Below are positions 10,584-22,094 of a stretch of DNA of 64,000 nucleotides, one piece after another (the first letter of the stretch is position 1; each line of letters starts with the position of its first letter). The stretch is from Fistulifera solaris (lineage: Eukaryota). Made by a program: the position numbers and the translations under genes. The notes beneath the pieces were generated by a model that worked only from the letters and a program-made list of their open reading frames with translations, was not told the origin of the DNA and searched no databases. The stretch covers positions 1-64,000 of the forward strand of contig AP026142.1 in assembly GCA_030295235.1 (NCBI GenBank), read 5' to 3'.

Positions 10584-13500
10584 ATGGGTGTTGCTGGATT
10601 ATGGAAGCTTTTGTTACCGATTGGGCGCCGCATATCCCTTGAAACTTTAGACGGCAAAGTTTTGGCTATAGACGCAAGTATTTGGTGGATTCAATTAGAG
10701 CAAGCGCTGCGGAGGCGAAATAGCGACGGGGAAGGAATCAATGAAAACTCTTCAGCCACCTTTTCTTTACTGATCAAACTTTTTCTGCATCGATTGTGCA
10801 AACTCAAGTTTTATAATATACGGCCCGTCTTTGTATTGGACGGAAAAACGCCGGAAATTAAATTGCGAACGCTGCGGCAGAGACGGAAACAACAAGGTGG
10901 TGATGAATCGTACGAACGAAGTGAACGCCATTTGCAAAGGATTGCGAAGCAATTGTTACAGAAGCAGTTCTTGGCGTCACAAAGTAAAGTGGCGAAAACA
11001 AAGGCGACATCAAATCGTAGAAGCGGGCCATCAGATTCCGACAAACAGTCAAGCGCTACCACTCATACAAAAGCGACATCATCGTTTGCTCCGGGTTTTG
11101 ATCCAGGAGCGCAGCACAAACAAGCGACAGAGCATGTAGCACAGCAGCTAAAATCACCTCCTGCATGGCAACAACCACAGGACGAAGAAGTGGTTGTTTT
11201 AAGGGACGAGGATGAACTACCGGAAGAATTGAGTACCTCGAATGATTGGGACGACGACGGGGATGATGACGATACTTATGGCCCCGATGATTTTGGTGAA
11301 GCCGATGACCAGCGACACACCAATTCGATTAAGTTTGACACAGGCATGTACCAGAAGCAACAAAGTATGACGGATCAAGTTCAGTCGGTGTGGCGTTTGC
11401 CATCGCACGAGCGAAAAGCGGCATTAGAGCAAATGCAACGGCAATATCGATTGCAAAGTCGCAAAGAATTTATGCCAGCTGCTGCACAGCCTCAAAGCTT
11501 TTCTCAGGTCCAATTAAAGCATTTTCTGAAATCTTGTCAGTTGCGCCAGGCGATTGTGCAGCAACAGCAGTCGGTAACAGCGAATGATTCGAGCGCTCCA
11601 GGTGGTTACCGCAAAAACGGAAATTATGGGGACAGCCCACGGCGTATGATCGGTCGATTCGAGTTGAATTGATTCGAGAAGATGCACATTCGAAAATAGA
11701 CCGCGAATTTTCCCAAGAAAGTGAAGAGGGGGGATTTTTGCGTCCCTCCCATGATAAGAGAAAGAGCGATGAAGCTGGGTCATCTTTACGCAACAATATG
11801 CAAGGGCCATTAGGAGGCTTTATGGCGAAAACGAAGAGGACCCGCTTAGAAAACACGCTGGTGACTGCGATGGACGCTTCGGTTACAGCTGCCTCTATGA
11901 CGAACGAATTAGTAAATCGCGACGATTTGGACGTTGTCGTCGACCCGGACACGCAGATGTTCCAAGATCAGCAACTGGCAGAAGCCTTGCAGAGCGTTGA
12001 ATATGAAGAACATGAAGACGATGACTCTCATTTAGAAAACTATGCTGATGAAAGGGAATCAAATATATTTGTGTGGCAGGAGCAATCAAAGAAGACTTTG
12101 AACGATGCAAAGTTGTCACAAAGTCCTGTTGAAATGAACTATGACTCCGATATAGAGTGGGAGGATGGTGATGCTACAGATGACACTAAGTGTCAAATTT
12201 GGAAGATCGACGACGAAACAGTTAAAAATCGGAATGATATATCTGAGAAAAAAGCAGCCAGTAAGTGATCCGATCGAAGCAAAGGACGGGTCTGACATCG
12301 AATGGGAAGAAGGCGATGCTAAGGAAGCCTGCAGGAGAAAATACAGTTTCTCCTTGCAGTCAGGGAAAACCATTGAGCAGGTAATGCTGGACAAAACGAA
12401 CGCTGGTGATCCGGAGCCTGGCCAAGACGATAGCGACGATGAGGAAGTTCAGATGGTTTATGAAGCGTCGACCGGCGTTATTGAGAAAGCGACCGGTAAA
12501 GTAAGCGCCCTATCATCAGACACTACGCCAACTAGCTTTCAAGATAGGGCCTCTATGCTACCAGACATTGAGAAAAAAGATTCTGGTCAGGGAAAGAATG
12601 ATAGTCTGATCACGAAACCGGTACCGGTGAAGAAAACAAGAAGTTTCAATTCGGAGGATTATACAACTGGAGTTGCCTCAAAAGTATTTGAAACCGTTCC
12701 TGGAAATATTTCGAACACGGAGGCTTTAGAGCAAGCGCAAAAACAGCGTCAAACTTAGCAAATTGGGCGGGTCGTGTATTTCGGCGCGCCATGAAAGAAG
12801 TTAGCGAAGATTCTTTTGAACCGAACGACAAAGCGAGGGATGAAGTGGAATCCAGTGCACGCGCGGCTGTCACGAATGCCAATCCTGTCCAAGATGCCTC
12901 TACTTCAACGAAAGAACCACGTTTGTTGGACATTGCTGGTACATGTGCAAAGAAAGCCGCTACTTTGACAAATCCCTCTGTGACAAGTGAGCAATCTGCT
13001 CCGAAGTTTTCACGCACATTCACCTGGCCTAGCGAAAGCTTGGATCCATCTGCTTTCGCACCGCATGAATCACAACTCGATGACCAAAGATCACAACAGC
13101 AACGTGACGAGAGTACTGGGACCGGCGAAATGCGGGACGAAATGCGAGAAACCTTGTTACAGCTACTTCGCTTTTTCGGTGTGCCATACGTTGAAGCTCC
13201 AGCTGAAGCAGAAGCACAATGTGTTGAGCTCGAACGACTTGGTCTTGTCGATGGTATTGTCACGGAAGATAGTGATGCTTTTGTATTTGGTGGAAATACA
13301 ATCTACAAAAACATGTTTGACGAGATGAAGTATGTCGAGGTGTATCGCGCATCTGATGCAGAGAAAGAGATGTCACTGGGAAGGAACGAAATGGTTGCTC
13401 TTGCTATGTTACTTGGAGGCGACTATACAGAAGGCGTGCGAGGCGTGGGTATCGTTAATGCAATGGAAGTATTAGATGCGTTTGATATGTCAAGAGGTCC

Positions 13501-14048
13501 GAAACAGGGGCTGATGGATTTTCATAATTGGCTAACAATGTTCAATCCGATTGAAGATGCTCCCAGTGAAGCCATAAGAAGGGACGAGGCATCACTATCA
13601 AGATTAGAAGAGTTTTCCCGGAAGCATCGTAGCGCTAAGACGAGATGGGAAACTCCTGGGAACTTTCCTAGTGACAGAGTAATTGCAGCATACATGTCTC
13701 CAGGTAAGCGTCTCAAACAAAAAAGATATTCTTTAGTAAGGTAAGGGACTAATCCAGTATTTTTCAGTTGTCGATAACTCTTCGGAGAAATTCTCGTGGG
13801 GCACCCCAGATGTTGAAAATTTAGTTCATTTTTGCTCCCAATATATAGGCTGGTCTCGAGAAGAAACGATCAAAGTGTTAGAACCAGTGACCAAGAAGGC
13901 TAGTTCGCGTTACCACCAGACGAGAATTGATTCATTTATGAGATATGAAGACTCAATCAAGTTTGCCAAAGTCCGTTCCAGGCGACTACGAAAGGTATTA
14001 GGGCTAGATGACCAGGAAAGCGACACTTTGAATACACCAGAAGTTTAG
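10584..14048 (+). CDS. XPG: XPG/RAD2-family DNA repair endonuclease
   Basis: N domain MGVAGLW..LAIDASIW..PVFVLDG; I domain FGVPYVEAPAEAEAQC, TEDSDAF, LLGGDYTEGVRGVG; intron at about 13704-13768; C-terminal PIP-like QTRIDSF. Several frameshifts in the spacer. Confidence 0.93.
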
Positions 14049-14133
14049 CTTGCACATTTAAGTTGGATTGTAATGTTATTGTATTCTAAAAGTAATTTTC
14101 ATAACAGACACACATGCACTAATATTTCTCCGA

Positions 14134-15991
14134 CTAGATGCACACTGTGTTGTGCTTGTCACCACTAGTATCACTCGCATAGCCGGTTGGATCAACCACT
14201 AAGGTGGAAGCGACAATTTGATCTTCTGACATGGTAGCATCAACTACGGCTGCTGCCGTTGCTAAGGCTTCACTGTGTGCGTCTTTCGTACTGTGGTCAC
14301 CATTCGTGAAAGAAATTTCTCTATTGGTGTCTGAAATCAAAACTGTCGTACTTGCATCCGGTGGCGGCAAAGGCATCTTGGCCTTTTGCTCTGCCTGAGT
14401 TGGTTCCAAGAAAATTTCCGGGTGATCCTTAATCTTCCAATCACCATATTTGACCCAATCAAAGCCACGCTGCTCTGCACGAAAATGCATTCTCGCATAT
14501 TTTTCTCTCACTTTTACATGGATTCCAAGCTCCTTGGCCACAGTCGTCCAGTTGACCTTTTGATTGTGCTCTTTAGCAATAGCATTGTATTTAGCCCACA
14601 AGTTTTTAGAGTGCGTAACAATCTGATCGAGATCGGCTGCTGTGGACACGACTATTGCGGAGCGATTCTTCTTTGTGACTTCGTCTTCGGTTGCTACTTT
14701 CGCAGGTACGGGAGGTGGTGGTAGAGGCATAACTGCTTTCGCTCCGCGCGTGATTTCTATAGGTACACGATTCGAACACACGAGCTCAGCCGCGCGGCGT
14801 AGTGCAGCTTCTTTCTGTTCCGCAGCAAATTTTTCGCGTTGCTGTCGTATTTCAATCTTCTTTCTTCGACGCTCTTCACGAGAAGCCTCTCTCATAGCAC
14901 GCTCATTCGCCTTCCGCAATGCCATGGCTTCGCGATCTCGTGCTTTTGCTCCTTCTTTTCAATTGACAGACGCTTTTGCTCTTTTAACTTTGTATCGTGT
15001 CGTAAAACTTTCGAATCAGGAGGGAGAGCAGCCACCACCGCCGTCGTATTCGAATCCAAATAAGAAAGACCAGCATTTCCCTCAGCGATATTGGCAGCAG
15101 CTGCGGCCAGAGCATGTGGATCAGCCCCTGACAAATCTCCTGAGAATAGTGGCAAACTATCGTCATCAATCGATAATGCTCGAATGCTGTAAATCGCACA
15201 GAATCGTTCTACTTGTGAAACAATATAGGCTCGATCAAAGGAATCTTCGATACCAAGAATCTCCCAAAAGTCAAATGGCTGCACAGATCCTCCGTCTAAG
15301 GGATCTTTGATCGACGGAATCGAGAGCCGACACAAAAGTTGCGACGTTAACATGCCCTTGAGATAGGGCTTGAAATCGATGAATTTTGCGTCCGTCGTCT
15401 CTACCAAGAGCTCGTTTTCCTCCGCCCATTGTCTACAAAGTAGTCGAAGCCATTCAGAGGGTGATTTGCTGGCCTTGCGCATCTGTGATTCGTCGAATGG
15501 ACGAAAAGAAAAGAACAACGAAAATGTGAGGAAAGTGTTAATGTCACATCAATTTTTCAAACAGTAGCAACACATTGCCTTTGAGACACTTGTGTCAGTG
15601 GGTCCGTTGGCGAGCGTATTTTCCGTTGAAAAAGTCACTATACTGTTTGGAGTAGAGGGCAATCCAAAAACGATGGGATTTCTACGTTGGCGACAACACA
15701 AAAGCCACGTGAACTTTCGTTTGGGGAATTTTCATCCGAGCCTTCTCCAGCATATTTTACTACTGCGTTCTACGTGAAGAAACGCAACGAAAGTCGACAT
15801 GGAATCAAGCAGCGCTCGAATGCAACGATGCTCATGATGGAACTCTGTTGCAAGAGTTCCATCGTCGCTGTAATTTTTTCATTTTCTTGTCGTACCTCAA
15901 TCTTTTCCTGTTTCGTCGGTTCTACATCGAGCAGATCATCGTGTGAGGGTTCCATTTCCTCCATCTCTCTATCATCATCTGCCTCCGACAT
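14134..15991 (-). CDS. Hypothetical protein with coiled coil and a possible small helical DNA-binding-like C-terminal domain
   Basis: Chained ORFs 15770-16120, 14892-15518 and 14134-14925; KVNWTTVAKELG segment; probable GC-AG intron 15483-15578; frameshifts are needed to join the parts. Confidence 0.6.
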
Positions 15992-16642
15992 GATTGCTGC
16001 GTTTTTTGTGATTGTGTGAGAAGCGCTCGTTTTTGCTTTCTCGCCGTGAAATTCCAGACACGGATTTGCCGGCGACCGTGACTCAAAACACGGCCAAAAT
16101 TTGTTTGACATGACACACATTTTCTCACTCTTTCGTTGCTACCTGTTTCATTCCTTCTTGAATTGTTTAAATACGATTTACCTGTTGCTTTGTTGTACAT
16201 GCATGCTGAAGTCGCGCGTGTCCAGCGATAACACAAGTGCTGCACGAAGAGAAAAGAAAAACAAAGGCTTCATTCGATGAGGAAACTCACCACTAGGATC
16301 GAACAGAGCTAGAACGTTGAATAACGTTAAAAGGGAAGAGCTTTTCTTACGGTTGCTTGTTTAGTGGTTTGGTCTGAATAGACCTAATGGGATAGACGCT
16401 CCAGACCCTCTAGAGAGCGTCTATCCTATTCTCCGTTTTGCGTTTTGCCTGATTTGCGAGATGCGAGATCTCGTCTACACTTAATGCGTATAGTAACTTT
16501 ATGCTGGCATTTACGGTCATCCTCTTACTTTGTATTCCGATGAAGAAATAATGCAGACAAAAGAACAAGACATTCGATCAAAAGAGAAGCAAACTGATTC
16601 ATTCACCTTATTTACTTCACATCGCCCTTTGTTTGATCCATA

Positions 16643-17710
16643 ATGCGTCTGTTATTCGTGCTTTCGTGTCTGGCCTTCATCAAACAAGTCGCAATGGAGT
16701 TTATCCCCGACACGGAACCGGTCGAAACGCGTGAGATTTTTGATTTGATATCCACAAATATATCCACCGTAAGGGAATCCGACAGGGGTGAAACCTACTA
16801 CTACTGTATCTTTCGCTCTCTTTGGACGGCAACGGATCATCCAAATCAATATCCTGATCGACCGAGATATACGCCGCCCATGTTGTTCTCGCATACGAAA
16901 CAATACGCTCCCTTTGTGCAGAACCGGCCAGCGAGTTATGCGGTAGAAAACTACGCAGAGGACGGAATCACCACACTTTATCAAAAAGAAATGAACGAAA
17001 CAAATGGAATGGTACGAGATTACGTCGAAGGCGTCGGATTTTATCTCAATCAAAGGCATCTGGATGCGAATTACATATTTCTGGATCCTATTCGAGTCGA
17101 TTCAAAGCATTCTTTCATCAGTGGTATGTCTAGCTTTGATCCAAGTCCCGATTGGTTCACTGGACTTTACATGATGAACACGTTGGATGTAATAACCGGA
17201 AGATATTGGGAGAAATTCGTGCTGAAGAGCTATCCATGGGATGCTGGGACCGATGATGGAATGACTTACAAGGAGAACTTGCCACGTGATCGTCCTGAAG
17301 CAGTTCATCGTATGCACGCTGGAACCGCTCCCAATGGTGTTTTTACAAAACACCATTCGGAGCACCAAAATGGTACGATTGCGCCCACAGCGGAGTGGGA
17401 ATGTATTTTACATTCATGTCCTATTGAAGTGTCGAATTGTACAAAAAAAGACTGGCCACCCAAATACAATTGTGATATTCTTAAGTATCCGAACTGTGAC
17501 CAGCAATGTGATCCACGTGTCGAACAACCGTGTGAGCAGTGTATTCCCGAAAGTTTGATGGATCCGAAAGATCTCCACTATCCAGACTGTTGTGCCATGG
17601 GACGAGAACGCAGAAAAGGAAGAAGGTGTACAGAGAGCGCAGCACCCGTGCCTGGAAAAGTGTCTGGTTTGTTCGTTATAGCCCTTCTTTCCTGGATGAT
17701 CTCTCAGTAA
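16643..17710 (+). CDS. Secreted Spondin_N-domain protein with Cys-rich tail, probable GPI anchor
   Basis: Signal peptide, PSPDWFTG and YPWDAGTD Spondin_N motifs, Cys-rich region and hydrophobic C-terminus. Confidence 0.9.
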   Translation: MRLLFVLSCLAFIKQVAMEFIPDTEPVETREIFDLISTNISTVRESDRGETYYYCIFRSLWTATDHPNQYPDRPRYTPPMLFSHTKQYAPFVQNRPASYAVENYAEDGITTLYQKEMNETNGMVRDYVEGVGFYLNQRHLDANYIFLDPIRVDSKHSFISGMSSFDPSPDWFTGLYMMNTLDVITGRYWEKFVLKSYPWDAGTDDGMTYKENLPRDRPEAVHRMHAGTAPNGVFTKHHSEHQNGTIAPTAEWECILHSCPIEVSNCTKKDWPPKYNCDILKYPNCDQQCDPRVEQPCEQCIPESLMDPKDLHYPDCCAMGRERRKGRRCTESAAPVPGKVSGLFVIALLSWMISQ

Positions 17711-17933
17711 TCAAAGGTTTTGAAGTCGGTTGCTACAATTTTAAAGGTTCGTAGAATCGACTACACGACGACTATGCGAGTCGAATAACGAGCTTTGTTA
17801 TTCTCAGAAAGATGGAAGATGGGTATGAAGGGCTACTTTATCATCAGCAGCTTGTATTACGAAAAAGTCTGAATTTCTAATTATGTATAAAAATGGCTAC
17901 TGACTCACTGGAGCTATTCTTGCTTTCCTACTT

Positions 17934-19143
17934 TCACATCATCCAGAACGCTATCCATGAAGATAGGAATATCCACGAAACAACATTACCAACGCATAAG
18001 GACGTTGCACCACTGCGTCTTCCGGCACAGTCTTTGCCCGTCTTGGGTTCTCGACCAGCGGCACAGCAATCGGGATAATACAATATTTCCGGATCCAAAA
18101 TACTTTCGCGTACACATCGCTCGCATACTTCATCCACTTCGGGATCGCAATAGTTGTCGCATTCTGGATACAACAAGACATCACAGCCATTCTTTGGAGG
18201 CCAGTCCGGTTTGCGGCATCCTGGTTCTTCCGCTGGACACACGTGCAAGATGCATTCAAACTCGGCCACCGGAAGCACTTCATCACCCATGGGACTCACG
18301 AAAATTTTGTTTTGTGCATTTTCGGGTGTAATGCGGTGAACGGGTTCGGGGAATTCGAGTTCATGATCAACATCTTCGTAAATCGTTCCTCCATCGGTAC
18401 CGGCATCCCAAGGATAGGATTGCACTTTGAAGTGCGACCAGAATTTTCCCGAATATTCATCTCGTGTATCCATCATGTAAAAGCCCGTAAACCAATCTGG
18501 ACTGGGATCGAATCCGGCAATGCCCGAGAGATACGGGTGATCATCCGTGACAACTACCGGAGGGAAATACGCAATATTCAAATCGTAATGCTTTCGATTG
18601 AGATAAAAACCCCGTGCTTCCCCGTAATCAAGCACCATATCACCGGCCTGATCCAGTTGTTCTTGCATTTTCGAAGTGAATCCTTCCTGTATAAATCAAA
18701 GTAGTGATAGAGATGAAGTTGATGTCAGAAAACGTCTACAAGAAACAATGAAGCAGCCATAGTGTATTTTTCTGCATATCAAATCATCTCATAAAAAAAC
18801 GAAACACACGTACCTCCGCAATGATTTCAATCCCATAATTGGCTTCCCGATTCTTCAAAAAGGGCGTATACTGCTTCGTGTGCGAAAAGAGCACGGGCGT
18901 CGAAAAGCGCGCCAATTTGGGAAAATGTTCCGGATGATCTTCGACCGTCCATTTCGAACGAAAGATACAGTAAAACTGCGTTTCATTACGCTGTCGAACT
19001 GCTTCAACCTCACTATCCATCGCATAATTCAAATCAAAGACTTCATTCGAAATAATGAGTTCGTTTTCCATGACAATGTCGGCTTGGATGCCTGTCGTCG
19101 CTAGCAGTAATGCGCCGGCTGCTGTGCTGGTCGTCAATCTCAT
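17934..19143 (-). CDS. Spondin_N-domain paralogue (2 exons)
   Basis: Same PSPDWFTG, YPWDAGTD and DWPPK/YPDCC motifs; GT-AG intron 18687-18813; signal peptide and hydrophobic C-terminus. Confidence 0.9.
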
Positions 19144-19700
19144 GGTTCAAGTTAAAGAAGAGATAGAGTTGCTGTAAGTTACTACTATGAATGGAAACGA
19201 AAGAAGAAGGGAAACGCTGCGGCTAGGTTTATTCAGTAATGTTCATGAGAGCAAAACGAAAAGTGCAGTGTTGGTAATGAGCAAAATTTACTACGGGAAG
19301 CATGCGGTCTTTGGGCGTGTTCTGCGTACATTTGGCTTTATAGTATTTTCAAGAGTCATGGTCATTATTGACAACCACGGCTGAAGACTGGAGAATAAGC
19401 TCGATCCGACCGGTACTGCCACTCAACCAAGGACCCGGATAAGTGATACTCCCACCTCCCAGTCGTACTTATACAGTCAAGATGATACTTCTTCTTGACC
19501 GCAGAGAATGATTGGACTTGAGACTTGAAGCGAAAGAAAAGCGCACACTGAAGTACTTGAACACCACCGATCGAGGTTTGTTCCACTCTACTAGAAAGCT
19601 CCCTTGAGATCCATTATACGGAGTAGTTGTTTACGGTCCATTTACCTTATTTCTCTCCGATTGACAATATCAAACAAATTTACTGCAGTCGAAGAAGAGA

Positions 19701-21706
19701 ATGAAAGGCTTACAGATTACGAAACGAGCGTCGTATGAGCCCATTTTAGACGAAAACGATCAAAGGCGACATTTTTATCACCAATGCTTTGCTTGCTTGA
19801 CAATTGTTTCATTGGTAATGATTGGTTTCTTCGTACCGCATCCTTCATTACTGAATATCCAAAATACAAGCAATGCTGCTTCCACAAATGAGACATCCAG
19901 TCATCACGAAGTTTTGCCGACTTTACTCCGATTGATAAATCCGGAAACAAAGACACCTTTGTATGCTCTCGACAATCCAACTTATGAACAATTTAAATCC
20001 TTTCAACTGCTTCCTGTCGTTCATAACGACTTTCATATTGATGAAAAAAATGAGAACGATTGGTCGATTTTGCAAGTTACGCCGCTTCAGATTGCGCCTG
20101 GCGAATCGATCACTTTAGCATGGGATTCTTCGAGAGTGCTACCCGATGATTGGCTCGTGTTGCAATGTACTTCACATCAACAGCAGCAATTACAAGATCA
20201 TCACCATTCTTCTTCAAAAGATGACAACAATATGCAAATTCTCGAAGTGGCGACCATGGATCAAGTTGTAGCAACGGCGCAAAGTCCTTCGTCTTGGACG
20301 ATTCCAGCATTTCCAGTTTCACGCTTTGACTCGTGTCAATTCATACTTTATCGATCAGTTCATGAGCATCATTCCACAGCATCAACGACTTTACAGCCTT
20401 ATAGCGTGACGACATTCTTTTTACACGCTTCGCAACGGCCCACCGCAATTCATTGGGCCATGACGAATCGCACCGATTCGTGGGTCGTTCATTTTGTCAC
20501 CGGTGCCAGCGGAACACCCGTATTACAATACAATGGCAACCAAAAAGTCACCGGTAAAAGTACAACGTATACGGCAGCGGATTTGTGTTCCGAACCGGCA
20601 AATCAAACGGAACCGGGGAAATTTCAATCGCCGGGTATATTGCATCAAGTCTATGTGGAGCATTTGATTCCGGGAACGACCATGCAATATCAAGTCGGTG
20701 TCACCACTGGACAAGGCATTGAATGGAGCCCGAATTTTTCATGGACCGTTCCAGACTTTGCGCAGTTCAATTATACGTACTTGGTATTTGGAGACCAAGG
20801 AGCGGCGACCCCGGAAGTGAGTGGACTGCAGCAGCTGTTACGCGAGAAGTGGCGCAACAGCAAGTCATGGCGGTGCATCACGTGGGAGATTTATCGTACG
20901 CCAATGGTGCAGCGCATTTGTGGGATGCCTGGTTTGATATGATTCAGCCCTACACGACACAAGTCCCTTTGATGATTGCCGTGGGCAATCATGAATACGA
21001 TTACTGGACTTCTCGCGTACCTGGCTTGGATCCCAGCGGTGCCGTGTCGGGATACCATCCGACGTGGGGAACGATGGAGAATGACAGTGGTGGTGAATGC
21101 GGGGTTCCTACCGCGAAACACTTTACCATGCCCGATATGCACAATCACTCGAACGGTGTGTTTTGGTACGCGTTCGATATGGGGATCGTCCATACAATCG
21201 TGCTCTCGAGCGAACACGATCTGCGTCCTGGATCACCCCAGTATGACTTTTTGATGCATGCCTTGTCAACCGTGGATCGAACGGAGCATCCATGGCTGAT
21301 TATTGAGATACATAGACCCTTGTATCATGCGGAAGCGAAGTGGGACCAAAATGCCGTAGGAGTAGCCTTGCGATTTGAAGTCGAAGATCTGTTTTACGAC
21401 TACCGGGTGGATGCGGTGTTGAGTGGACATTATCATTCCTATTTCCGCACTTGTGACGGATTGTATGCAAGTCGATGCGGCCATGACGGCGCGCCCATGC
21501 ACATTACCATCGGCTCTAGTGGTGCGAAACTAGATACAATCGACTTGTACGATGCACCTTGGACTGCAACGTATCTGAAGGGCGTCTTTGGCTATGGTAG
21601 ACTGACAGTAGCGAATACAAGTGCTTTGTTTTTTGAATATGTGCAAACGGTGAATGAAACGTATACACAAGTTCTTGATGAGGTCTGGATTGTGCGAGAT
21701 CGGTAG
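19701..21706 (+). CDS. Purple acid phosphatase-family metallophosphoesterase
   Basis: GDQG, GDLSYA, GNHE, HRPLY and GHYH metal-binding motifs; N-terminal TM anchor; frameshift near 20810. Confidence 0.92.
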
Positions 21707-22094
21707 CATTGCACTGGGCGAGCGCTTGGTCTTACTAAAGGACGCTTTGGATACGGTTTGTGCGCTTGCAAATTTAAAACACACTAGCAGCAAAATGCAT
21801 TGAGATCGTGTTTCTCGAGTTCTTTTACCAAGCACTTTATCTCCTGGTGTTTTCTTACTTGTCGCTATTGACCGAGTTTGCCGTCGCTCAACGTCAATGA
21901 TCAAAGTCTAAGGGCAAATTGTAACCGTTGAGGACTTCGATTTTAATGATAGTCAACTTTGAAAGCAAATGATTTTTGCGGTATTCAGCAATCCGTATAC
22001 CTTCGTCGGTCTGCTTTTAACCTAATAATTGAATAGTAAGAGGCGCTCTACTACTGATTCATGCTTTTTTCTTTTTAAAAAGAATGTTACAAGC

